This document shows, piece by piece, positions 26,867 to 40,559 of a DNA stretch of 64,000 bases. Position numbers and translations under genes: made by a program. Position 1 is the stretch's first letter. Each line of letters opens with the position of its first letter. The notes beneath the pieces were generated by a model. It made no database searches and was not told where the DNA came from. It saw only the letters and a program-made list of their open reading frames with translations. Origin of the DNA: Trichoplax sp. H2 (Eukaryota); assembly GCA_003344405.1 (NCBI GenBank), contig NOWV01000253.1:1-64000 (forward strand), read 5' to 3'.

Positions 26867-28842
26867 AATTTACTAGTGGCAAGGGAAATTAAGGCTGTAA
26901 TTAATAAGTATTAGCTTCTCATATATCGATCGTGGTTCACTGTAGTTAATGAAATTGAATATATAGAAAAGAATGCAATTTACCGGATTCAGTTGTTATC
27001 ATTTTCTATATCAAGACCTTTTACATGTATTATGGACAAGGATAATTAATTCTAAAACTAATTTTGTAATTGCTATACATAAATATGACTCTCTATTCAA
27101 GGTATATTTAAACCTGTTTAAATTGTTACGATACGGATTAATTTGTACCAAAACGAAATAAATTTAAATGTGAAGAATAGCTGGCACAATTAATTACTTT
27201 TAAAACTTTTGGATATGAATTAAGTTATAAGACTTTAATTTCTTACATATAATATGTTAAATATTATCCTATTGGATTGATGTTACACTTTCAACCACTA
27301 ATATGGAGATAGGAATAGCACTTATTCATTTGAAACAATTCTATTTCTCACTAAATAACAATATCGTCAGACCGTATTTAATTGACATTTTATTTATGTA
27401 CTGTAGCGCAAGATATGTAATGTTTATATCGTTTCCATCGATTTACACTTACTTAAATATTTACCTATAATCTAACTGTCAGTCAATATTATCTATTTAA
27501 TTAAGCAGCATGCAATACTTTATCACGGCAGTTGGAATAGCGATGTTTATACGTAGTAATCTAAGTAGTCTATTTATTAAAGCCTTCCCTTGACAATTTG
27601 TCCTTCTATGATATTGATATCATGTCCAATAAATTAATCCTTTTAAGCGAAGAGATTTTCTTTCGCAATCACTCATGATTACGAGGGTTTATTGATAGTT
27701 ATGATACTGGATAACTCCGTAAATAGCAATCATTAATACGAGTAAAACTATTTCTTCTTTAGCCAGTTTGGTAAGCCAATATGAAGTATGTACAATTGAT
27801 TTATATATCAATTCTAAATGACAAATTAAATACTTATAGTAGGATAGAACCTGTTGGCTCATGGTAAAAGGACGTGTGATTCATAAAATAGACTTTTCGA
27901 ATTTGTAATTGAACCGTATCTTATGGTCGATATTTGATCGATTACCAAGTACAGCTGAAAGTTGCGCCAGCATTTTACACTAGAATGGAATAATTCAACT
28001 GGTGCCAATAAAATCATTCAAGGATTAGGCTTGATATCGATGATAATTAATCGACGTTAAAAAGTACTTGAATTATTTATTAATATCACGTGAACATGCT
28101 ATTAATATTAGCTACTGAATAGTTACAAATAGAATTGATATAAGAAGAATAAAAGCTGGAACAGAATTGTTGGTTTAACAATTGAAGAATTACTTATAGG
28201 GAGAATAAAAGTTTTAGGGTATTATTCGTGATTGAATACGTTAATTAAAATAAGATGCCCTTCGGCTAGTTCTTCATTAATAAAATCTTTATGAATAGTT
28301 TTCATTCACTATAAAGTAGAAGACTAATTGTTATCCTATATACCGATTATAATACTGTCTTACTTTTGTATGTCTTCAATAATTAGATCAAAAGCTCGTT
28401 ACAATTATCTGAATATCAATTTATCTAGCACGATAGTTATTCCATCTACGACCCATTTCGATTAACTTTTGATCATCACCACCTGTCGATAGTTAGCTTT
28501 CCTGGTACATCATCTTCTGCTAAAACGTACCTATAGCAATAAAATACTTTAAATAGCTTGATGTGTCTATGGAGTACATAATACACTCATAGTTTTATGA
28601 TCTTATAGTTTACAGTTCGATAGTGTAAGTTACAGCTACCAACGTTGTTGGATCGTTCTCACATTCCGTAAACTTCCAAAGATAGCCAACTCCTACGGAA
28701 GGTATGGTGTCGTATCTTGGTAGATTAGACTTTTACATGATTAATTAGATATGCATCTTAATATTATCTAAAAACTTCAATTTCATTTATTAGTAATAAT
28801 TCATACAAAGTAACTTGAAACTTGTATTCTCCCCAAAATTAG

Positions 28843-31800
28843 ATGAATATCAAGAAATCAACAACGATAATTGGCATAAATTTACTTTTTTTGCTGTTTT
28901 TGGCTATTCATATCGCTAACACAGACGCTGCAACTTTTGTAAAAAGTTATCATTATCCTATTCCAGCTAATGATCAAATAATTAAATCATTAGAAGGATT
29001 GATTTACTACTACGAGAAACATTATCAATCCATCATATTTGACGCGTATTATGGACTCATCAGAAGCGAAGGTATTATTTCAATCTTTAAATTGATAGTT
29101 ATCTAGCTAGTAGCACGGATCTGGCAAACAAATGTATGAAAATTGAAGGTGTTTTAAATTATAATGACGAAAAGTTTACTCTTTCTAACGATCCTACGTA
29201 ATATTATATAGTTAATTACTGCTATATATTTATTAAGATTAACACAGGAATTGATATTTTGACCCTCAATTAAATAATTTTAATAACTTGTCGATATCAA
29301 ATCAATTTAGTACTGGTATATGATTGTAGTAAATACGTTTAGTTATATTGTTAGTCGTAAACATCGTAAACACTTTGCAAGTAAACTATTATCAAGACAA
29401 TTGTAATCGTAGTCTCCATGGAATTAGAGTACAGTTTCAAATCCATAGTGAGTGGTTTAGAAAACTAACATCAAGCTAAAATGGTAGAAAATCGTAAATC
29501 CATAGGGATTATTTATGTAAATTTACCTTAGACTAAGTCATACCTCCTTTATTTAGGCTACTAAAAGTGGTAAAAGCATATAATGTAAGTTTTACAGTAT
29601 CAGTTTTCGTATGGTTTTAAGTTAGAATCATTAAGGCATGTAAAATTAATCGTAACCAGCTTACCGTAATATAACTAAATCAGCAAAAAATTACTTACTG
29701 CGTGAAACGTTGTTCTAAATTTTCTCGCTTTTCTTAGTAGTTAACATATAAAGGATTGCATTATCAGCTACCGAATACAGAGACAGCAATGAATAATAAT
29801 TAAAATGATTAGTAACTCAGTGAATTTTGCAAGAAAATTTCTATGATTGATGAAAGACAGCTGACTTAACGCTGACTCCAATGGTATATAAACGATATTG
29901 AAGATAAATCGTTATCATCTAGCTTGTAATGAAATTAGTCACCGATATACTCTTATTCAAGACTAAGAGGGCCATAAAGTCCTGAAATATAACTGCATCA
30001 GTTTTAAAATACACTTTAGAGCAATATAATTGAATCACCTTCGCTCATTCATACTAACTAAAATGGATAAAAATCATTTCTGACTATTACTGTACAGTAT
30101 CCTTGTTATACGTGTATTAAAATAATTCATTTGGATTTTGCACATAATGCGTATTCGCAAAAGTTAGATTTTTATTGATTAAGCGTTTATGAAAATACAG
30201 TATACAGTATCACAGGTTCGCGGTAATCCTTCTTCAATAGTACTTTTATCGTGTATAGTCGAAAATGTTATCTATCGCCAAATCTTTAACAAATAAACTA
30301 AAATATTTATTTAAATTTTGTGATAATACAGCATGAACTATACAGAAGATATACAGGCACTGATTATATAATTGTAGTTACTCAATGATGAATGATGGCA
30401 CAGGAAACTTCTGCATAAAGTATGGGTGTAATCCAGTAGTACTATTAAATTATTGTAAAAAATTGCCATAGACATCCCAAATTGTTCTACCGAACTCCGT
30501 ACGATAATCATCTTTCATTAAATTATTACTCTACCTATTTTTGGTTCATTTATGATAGTTATTTACTGTTAATACTCATTTCGATTGGACAGAATCATGG
30601 ACTACTAGATTTATCCATGATGTGTCTAGTTAGGTAGTCCATGACAGAACCATCCAGAATTCCTAATGCATCATTGGTAAAATTACAAATTTCAAATTTT
30701 TACTGGTACATATTTATAGTATTTCAGCAAAGCGATCAACGTATATGGGATCGATTGGCATCGTTCTTAGCATTCGTTAAGAATCATTTAGAAACAATCA
30801 CCAAAGATGATAAAAATTTGTTACCAGTTTACGAAATTACCCCATGTTTCCGTATTTCGTTAACATCTTTCATTTCACTTGATCCTCTTGTAAGAGATGT
30901 GTATTAACTAGTTATAATTTAGATATAGTATAACAGTTTCAAAAGCCTTCAGTAAAGGTCAATTTTCATCCTACTTTTTGTAATATAAGTATAAGCTCGT
31001 ATATTGAAATTTAAAATCTTACTATGCTCGATTTAACCTTAAGAATTCTGTTTATTCTTCCTTAAAACATGGAACACCTTGAACAAAAATTTAAATCATC
31101 ATAAAATATTTTATTTTTGAAGATTTTATACTAGCTACCATTAAGGATTATCGTAATGGAGTGTCAACGTTAAATCCTCAACAAATTAACCGTGTGGAGC
31201 GAATTTATAACAGGATCGTGGCTGTATCAAAACGAATTAAACCAATATTAGCAAATAATTCCACTCCGTATTCTAGTCTTCAAAAAATCGTACAGAAACC
31301 AGTTCCGGTAGCTAAACAACTGGTTAAGCTAGATTTTACTGAACTCTATAATGTCAGCAGCGATGAAACGTTATCCGAATTTTCGGGTTATATGAACATT
31401 TCAGATATATGTATAATGTCCATTATAGGCTCGAAAAAGGTCCATCTGCCCGTATGCACGATAAGTGGTAAATTTTTGATATCACTTGTAAATTAAACAT
31501 AGCTGTAGACACCTACATAAAATAATCTTACATTTCTTCTACTTCTTGTCAGCTTTGAAATAAGCGTAAATAAAAACAGTTTAATTAAACTTTACGTAAA
31601 TCTAAACTCAAATTGATTTTCATTGATGAAGATACTTGCTGGGCAGGGATTACCAACTATCACAGTGGCTATTATAGTATCACTCATCAATTGCTAACAA
31701 TTTTCCATGGCCAACAATTGAACTGTACCGATAAAATGAACAAATTAGCTAAAAACTCAGGAGGAATTCAAAGAGTGAAACAAATATTATGCACTCAGGT

Positions 31801-33308
31801 TTATCATCAAATGCAAAAGGAATTAAAGAAAGGCCTAAAAAATATCCAGATACAGGATCTGTTTTTAGAACAAATTTTCGTATGTGGAGGTTTGGGTGGT
31901 TACGAGCAATTTTTAAAACCACAATATTTATCGATGATTTTAAAATGGCAAACGAAAGACGGATGTTTTACTCCATATTATGGTCCATTCGTCAGTTTAC
32001 ATCCTAAATTTATCGTAAAGTATGCCATTATTAGAGTGATAGTATTTGAATTAATATTTAAATTAGCATAGATCATATCAGCTTTGATAAGTACTAAATC
32101 CGACTTTCTGCGTAAAGTGATGTAAATTTTCTTTCTTGTAAACTAATACATGTTGACTATTGCAATATCGTGATAAAGAATCATCCATTATACTTCTTTT
32201 TCATAGTCGCACTAGAAATGCTGGCCATTATTTATCGTCATCCCATCAATTACGGACAAACCTGATTACACCAGGTAGAAATTTGTTGCTATTAATCATT
32301 GAACTAGATCTCGATACGAAATATAGAAAGATGATGTGAACCTTTAGTCAATTTGTGTTATTTAGCTTACTGAATCAAAGATATACCTGCTAACTGTATT
32401 ATTTAAGTCTCTTACTTAATCATATGCCGTCATGATAATAATTATTTAATAATATATTAGCAACTGTTATTTAATCCTCATTCTAATAGGTAAGCTACCT
32501 GTGAGCAATATCGAGTTAGTATAGTTTGTCACAAGTAATTAGGTCTCGATATAGTATGATGAGGTGAATCCTTTTGTCAGTTTGAGTTATTTAGGTTACT
32601 GAATCAAAGATATTGTAGCTCTTAACTACATTATTTAACTTTTTACTTAATCTATCGTCACAATAGTTATTTGACGTCATATTAGCAAATATTATTTAGT
32701 ATTCAGTTCTAGCAGATAGGTTACGTATGATTAATATTGAGTTCGTGTAGTTTTGTCTCTAGTAATTTTATATTACTCAATAGGAACTGAAGAGACAGAT
32801 AACACATTATACCGCATTAAAAAATACTATTCAATCTTAAATTCTAATGGCTATATTGAAATATACTGAATTAGTAGAGTTTATTACAAGTAATTTTATA
32901 TACTTATAGTGCGTTAGAAGCAATAGCATACTTTATACTTTTAAGTTAATGTGGTATGGTCTAAAATGATATTCTAGATTACCATAGCAATTTCTCTGCT
33001 TATTTTTTGCAAAAATCGTAGATGGTTGCTATCAGCATAGAACTTCAATAGCGTTTGGCTTAATATCAGTATATTTATACTGGAATTCTCTTAGCAATCA
33101 ATCGCCTCATTTATTAACAACGACAATGTTAACGAATGCAAGTCCGAAGTGGGTGTCTGTGTCTATTACTATACATATAATTGATAGCATTGCTATTGGA
33201 TTTGGCCTTGTTGTAATAATGATCATAATTTCAACAGTAATAATGTATTTCCTTTTCTCTCGCCATCGACGAAGACATGTTTATCGAAAACTTAGTACTA
33301 ACGAATAA
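28843..33308 (+). CDS. C16orf89/UPF0764 (DUF4735)-like type I membrane protein, paralog 3
   Basis: Exons 28843-29071, 31123-31467, 31632-32019, 32207-32274, 33022-33308. SDIC, YSITHQL, QDLFLEQIFVCG, WQTKDGCF, DGCYQH; TM; tail ending HVYRKLSTNE. Closest to paralog 2. Confidence 0.85.
32330..32770. repeat. Intronic ~230-bp tandem duplication (paralog 3, intron 4)
   Basis: GTGAA.CCTTT.GTCA.TTTG.GTTATTTAG.TTACTGAATCAAAGATAT occurs at about 32336 and 32564 with collinear downstream sequence. Confidence 0.75.
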
Positions 33309-35138
33309 CTATTACAACTAAGGGGGGAAGTAAAGGAATCTTTGAATATTAGTTTGTCGCATCTTGATCATGATTCAATATCATTAACGATAATCTATAT
33401 TCCATGTGTAAAATGACACAATTTATCGAATTATGCCTATGGTGACTATAATTGTGTATCTATGTGCTAGTTACATGTAATGACAATGAGCAAAAAGGAA
33501 AAATTAATTTATATATATATATATGTATCGTTTTGGATAAATCTACGTCATATTTTTACATAAATTACGATAAATTAAAGTCACATTTTGATTACATTTT
33601 CTAATGTAAACCGTATCCAAGTATAATTTTAGATGTTATGGTACAATTCAATCATTCCTTATTAAAATTAAAATATTAAGCGACATATCGTTAAATTAAT
33701 ATCACATTCCCATTTGTTTTTTCGATTTCCTTTTTCCCTTGTAATATATAAGCGCTGGTTAGTAAATGATAAATACAGCTATAAATTGCATTAAAATATC
33801 TTTTGTTATCTTGTGAATAAGATATATGTCGATACTTTCTTAATCGATTGATATTTACTAATACATAATTATTTAACGCATATACCGGGTATAACTATAT
33901 AAACAGAAGATAACGTCGATGCTGTTTGGGCTTTATTCTGATTAATTATAAGTTAATGGTATAAATCTTAATAATGAGGAAGCTAAAAATAAGACTAAAC
34001 AGCTGAAATAACGTTATTTAAGATATAGTAATATATACTGTGATTCAATTATTTATCCTCTGATTATGAAAACGTAATGTATTTTAGACACAATAATTAA
34101 GTATTTTCATTCACTGTCGTTTCAATTTGCTAAAGTCTTGTAGATGATAATGATATTTGTTACTTTAATAAACTGATATCATTCTTAAAAATACCTCTCT
34201 TATTATACGGGTAGTATAAAATCAGCTTGTTACTTTATTATAACTGCAAAAGTAGACATAACTGAAGGAAAGTGCTTGTGCATCATATTCCTAATAGATT
34301 GTCTTTGAGTTATTTTAAACTCAGATTTATTTATTATAGTACACTAAATATAATTCATTAAATATGATTCAAATAATATTAGCCCTATACTATATCTTAT
34401 ATGTTCACTTTTACGTATACGTATCATGAAATTATTTTCTATTATAGCATATGCTATTAAACTTATATTTTATACAATTTAAAGCAGTTAAGATCAATAG
34501 TATTGAAGGTATGCTAGTTAAAATTATTATTACGAAAGTAATTTGTCCATAGAAGTCACACAAACTCTACTTGATTCAATGATAATAGATTCGCTACAAT
34601 CGACTTTCAGACAGCTAAAGTAAATGATGATGTTAGATATTCATTTGTTATTTGGGACTAATAGCATCCATAGATGAATCTTTTAATAAAAATTTAATAT
34701 CGTCTGCCTAAATAGAATAATGCAAAAACTATTATGCTAAGTAAATTATATTTATTTACAAAACAATTATACACGAATATAATTTATGAATATATTCTTG
34801 ATATGAAAAGATATTGCCTTTATGAAAATTCATAGATGTTATTTTACAAATTCTACCACTTGATTCACATTAATCAAGTTAGCAATTGTAATCTCATGCC
34901 TAAATGATTTAGAGTTTACTTACTAATACAATCAAATTGCGAAATAACGAGGAATTATAATACATTTTAAGTATAGCTAATACCTTAAATACCTGGCAGG
35001 CTTTCTAAATTCTATTACAATTAGATTCGCCAAGAATTTGAGTACTGATAAGAAAATGCATGCTAGAGATCCTAAGAAGAGCAAAAGATAGACTATCACA
35101 TATTAATAAACTACACTAAGTTATTTAACTTCAAAAAT

Positions 35139-37688
35139 ATGGATATTAAGAAAAAAAGAACATTTAAAATCTCACTTGTGTCTTTTATTCCTCTTCTCCT
35201 TGCCTTACCTATTTTTTCGGTTGCAGCAAGTAATACTATCACCAGCAGCTCTTACTCTCCTCCAACTTATAATCAAATGATGCATGCCTTAGAAAATTTA
35301 CTTCAATACTATGAAAGGAATGCTGAACATATTATCGTAGATGCCTACTATGGATTAAAAGTTACAACCGGTAAGTAGGATTTGTAACTACTGTACTGTA
35401 CTTCAATCACTGTTTGTATCGTAATCAGCAAAGAGAAAATATGAAAATGCTTCCTATCGAAAAATGCTTGATAATATCGATGGACGCCATGACCTTTAAC
35501 TATACCCTAAGCTGTGACAAAGTGTTAACTCTAAGTATAATACTTTATATCCATGTGTTTAACAATTTAACTATTACACATTATTGCATGTTTAGGATAC
35601 TTACATGACCGTTATGTCGTTCATCTAGTTTTTGATATTCTGTAAAAGCTTGAGATAACTGTAACTGATCATTGCATCTTAACACCTTGCTACGATATTT
35701 GACGATAACATTGACGTCGTAATGGGGCTAGCTTAAAATTGTCATCTATAGTCATTATTTAGACAACTTTACTGCATTTCTCGCACTTAAATTCTAAAAG
35801 GTATCATTACCTGCAAGCCGATTTAATATTATTGTACTTATATGAGAATTGCAAGCATTTTAATATTTAACCAATAATCATTTAGAAGGGCTATAAGAAT
35901 CTCTTAACGTATAAAATGTAATCTTGTAATAGCTAATGATACTTTTATTGTCTATTCATCAATCCGACATGTAGCATTAATCCAACAGACTATTCACAGC
36001 TATGAGAATGGAAAATCGAAACTGGAAGAGAAACAAATTGATCGTCTTAAACAAATTTATCAAGATGCCCTCCGAATTTCAAAGCGAATCGAAGAAACAT
36101 CAGGGCGTAATTCTTCAGCATATATGAAGCATAGTAAAATGCTACATACATCTTTCCCATTCCCTGAACGATTAGCCAAGTTAGAGTTGGTCAAAGATAC
36201 TCCTAATAATAGTGGCAATAGTTCCATAGATTTTATTAAAATATCTGATCAGTGCTTGTGGGATATGATGGGTGGAGGACTACGTCATCCACCAGTTTGT
36301 ACAATTAACGGTAAGTCATTTATTGGGCGTAATAATATTTTACTATACCTATTGAGTCAATTTAGTTCGCAATTTCAAAATGCTCGTACGACTCTATAGT
36401 CTATCTATGCTATACTAATATATCTACGTATAAAAGATTAATTGAAACGAAGTAACCGAATTTACTGCTCTGTTACACACTGTTAAAGATTCTTGCTGGC
36501 GTGGACTGACGGATTTTAGTACAGAGGGCTACATAATAACTCATCAATTTTTATTAATATTTGTTGGTGAGCAATTTAACTGTACTGAGAAAATGAATCA
36601 ACTCAGCCAAAATTTAGGTGGAATTGAAAAAGTAAAACAGGCTCTGTGTACTCGTATTTACTATCAAATGACGAAAGCTTTAGAAAAAGGTTTAGTTACT
36701 GGAAAGATGCAAGATTTATTCATAGAGCAGATCTATATCTGTGGAGGTACTGGTGGCTACCAGCAGTTCCTTCGTCCTGAATTTTTATCTATGATCCTAA
36801 AATGGCGAACCAAAGATGGATGTTTCTCGCCCTACCATGGACAATATATTAGTTTACACCCCAAATTGGCTAGGAAGTAGGTTATCTATTAGCCATAAAT
36901 TATGAAACAATAGTATCCAAAAAAATAGCATTGCTATTCTAGTATTGGTTTACGGAGAACTCTTTAATAAATTAAAATCCTATTAAAAATTGAAATGTAG
37001 CATTTGCTAACGATGCATAACTTGCATTTCTTCTACCGAAATTAGCGGTGGCATAAGTGACATCTATCATCTTAGGAAAACCCGAAAGCTACTAGCTAAT
37101 CTAATTTCACCAGGTAATACAGATACAGCTTTATCATTATTATCCGCCTATATGAAGTGGCGATCTAAAAATGAATTTTTTACTATTAATTCGTTATTCT
37201 ATTTACACCATGTCGTTATTAGTCAGTCTTTTAATTATATAATTACATAAGTACTACATAGGTTACAATGTGACTGATTCGATAATTATCAATAACTAAG
37301 GGTAAAATGTATTTCTATTAAACAGCGAATACTAGTATTTATCTTTCATTTATTAGTATCTAACCTTTGAAACCTATACTTCCATTTAATTATAGATGGA
37401 TGCCATGAACATATGACGGCTTTAGCAATGATTGATATCGCTCTATATTTACGTTGGCTTTCGTTCCGGGAGCAATTACTAACAACCACTTTTACTTCAG
37501 TTACAGACGTGAGCAAATCTATTTCAGTAGCAAGCATAAGCAAATCTGCTTCTTTATCACCAGGCATTGTAGCTGGCATCGTTATTACCATTGTAGTCAT
37601 TGCTGTCATTATTTCACTACTATTCGTTTACTTTGCTAATCCTTTCCATCGCGAAAGACAAGGCTATCGAGTTATCAGTTCAAGATAG
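35139..37688 (+). CDS. C16orf89/UPF0764 (DUF4735)-like type I membrane protein, paralog 4
   Basis: Exons 35139-35370, 35975-36310, 36489-36876, 37046-37113, 37396-37688. SDQC, GYIITHQ, QDLFIEQIYICG, WRTKDGCF, DGCHEH; S/T stalk; TM; tail ending QGYRVISSR. Confidence 0.85.
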
Positions 37689-40559
37689 CTTAAGTTCAGT
37701 TATTAATAATACTACTGAAGATAAGACATTGTGTCTAGCTAGCTTTGTTATATGAACACCTTCATTAAAATAGCAATTTCAATGAAATTGTATTTAAATG
37801 TGTGTATGAGTGAGTACCAATCGAAGGAATAGAGCAACATTTAGACTGTCGTATAGCCTAGATTTGCAAAGACTATGTAGATCGTACAAATATTTGCTGT
37901 CACCATGGCGTAAGAGTTTATGAATAAAGTGATCAACGTAAGAAAATCTGAACAGAAAAAATTAATAGTCCTTGATTGTTAAATTGATGATAGTTAGGGT
38001 GACAAATGCTTGAATTTATACGCAATCTCTATAAATACGGTCTTTAACATAAACTTTATTCTACCCTATCACAATTCGTGTTCTATTTGCAGTTCAGTGC
38101 GGATACTTAACAAATTATTAACATGATAGCATAGCTGCATTAAAAAGGAGTTTCATTATTTGTCTTGAATTAGTTGCTACAACTTTAAGGGTTATCGTAT
38201 GAAAATTATAGATTCTGTCCTATTAAAAACTTTGAATTAGGAGTATGTGGTAGCATAAGAGTAACAAGTACGAAGCCCCATTATACCGTTCTTCTTATAA
38301 CGATAGTAGATTGATTATACTAAACTTGCTATCGTATCTAAGAAAAAAATCGAGTTAGATTGAATCCATCACCTGTCGATATCGATAATGGTATATAATC
38401 TGTAGTATAGTTGAGAATACTGTAGATGCATTGGTAAATGAGATTCTGTTAATAGACTGTTACTTGTAGCTAGATGAATTGTGTTAAAAGTTCAGTTCAA
38501 AATTGGTCATTTCTAGCAAATATTAAAGATAGTAGAAAGAATAATATGAAGAATACAACGGTGTATATAGTAAAAGTTGATGATAACGGCAATGAAGTAA
38601 AATATAATCCTGCAATTTGAAGCTTTGAAGACAGTCATAATTACCTTTCTCTGATGTCATACATGTTGAAATATGCAGCCATATCTAAGCCACATATTGC
38701 TACAATCTACCGATTGCAATATCTACTCATATAGTAGTAAGACCATGGTTAAGTCTTCAGATAGACTTAATGCAGCAATACGGAACTGAACTGCTACATG
38801 GTTTATAAATTTTATTGCAATTTATAAAGAGACGTATACTATAATACAGCAAAAAAATATGTTTAAAAGTAGTTCTGACATTATGAGCTTCAATCATTGG
38901 GTACAACAGTGGAGTATTGACAAATTATGGTAAAGTAAGTACCGACATTATCCTATTCTTGTATTCTATGTAGTAAACTCTCATAAATATAGTCTAGTTG
39001 TTAAACTGATGACTTACTGTTGCTGATGAAAGCTAATATGGTTAATACTATGTAGATATAAAAGCATTATATATTACGCTTAGATAGTATACGATAAACC
39101 TTACGATAAGCTATACATTCTTACATAATAATCTATTCTTTAGCTATTTATATTAGTAAGTAGGACTAATGGTTCAGCATCCGTGCTTACAATTATATAA
39201 ATGTAGTCAACTTGCATAAGTGTAAACCTGTGTCACTAAGTATGAGACTGGTCCTGAAAATTAGAATTATCGTTTTAGCTATAGCTAATTCGATACGTTA
39301 AATAGCAACATAGAAACTACTGAAATCTTTAGCTGATTATTCATGAATTGAAAATTTTTGACCTTTCTTTATATTTTTAGTATTATAGATAAGTAGAAAT
39401 AATACATAGTAATTGATCCTCGACGAACATTACTGTATTTACTTGAATCAATTAACGGTATTAGGTAAATTGGATATACTACCTTAATGTATAATTAGTA
39501 CATACAATTAAATTGATCACTTTATGAATAATTTACTTACATACTAGTTCCTTCAGCCGTGTAATTAATATCCGGCAATTTCTTTATACCTATTCAATAT
39601 AAAAAAATGAGTGATGATAGTATTGCATGGGCTATTTAAATGGTAGCCTTTATTGAGATCAATGCTGTACTAAATGGTATTTAAAACACGGTACAGTATT
39701 ACTCTAAGGGTTGATTATAAATTTCGAATATTAAATCTGGAAATAGATACACATCATGGATTAGATCGTGACAAAATTTGTAAAGGGAGTAGATTTTATG
39801 ATATCCTTTATCTTCTCGTAAACTCATCAGAGGAATTTAGTAACGAAGAAGCTCTTTAGGTTGAAAGAAAGGAGTAGTCGGGATAGTATAGGGAAACATT
39901 TACTTTAGCGATCAGAAGATTAATAGTACACACAAATAATACTTTGCACTCTATCATTATACGTTAGAGTAAAAGTGGAAAACTATTGTCGTTAATTAAG
40001 TTTATCAAGTGGTCAAGATTCGTAGCAGCTGTATACATAGATTACAATGCATGAGATTGAGAGGATAATTTAACACCCTGAAGCATATAATTTTACTACA
40101 ACAGTTTCAAGACAGATACAGTATAGCCGCAATGGTGTTCCACTCATCACAAATACTTCCAATTAACGTTCGACAGCTTCCAATTTAATATAGCTCAATC
40201 TAATACACAGATGTAATTAAGAAGCATTCTATTTTTAATTGCTGTGCAACGGTTCCTATGCATTTTTTTGTTTTGAAAGCCAAGGGCATAAAGTATTAGA
40301 TTTAGTCTATTTTTAGCAAAGAATATATTGTATTCAACTCTATAAAGAACAGAATTACTAATGCATTCATTCTTTATGTGCCAGGTTTAATAATTAATTT
40401 TCGTAGCAATATAGGTGGTATTGATATGGATGTTGCATAATTTCTGGACGGATTGGTTACGGTACAATTTAATGTGTGTACATATATTAAGTTAAATCGT
40501 TATTCTTCAAAAGCTTTCTTAGCTATTTAACTACATTAGAAGCGATTTAATTAGCTAAA

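Noticed and set aside
30641..30907. 88-aa ORF in intron 1 of paralog 3
   Set aside because: No recognisable domain, and exons 1 and 2 join in frame without it.
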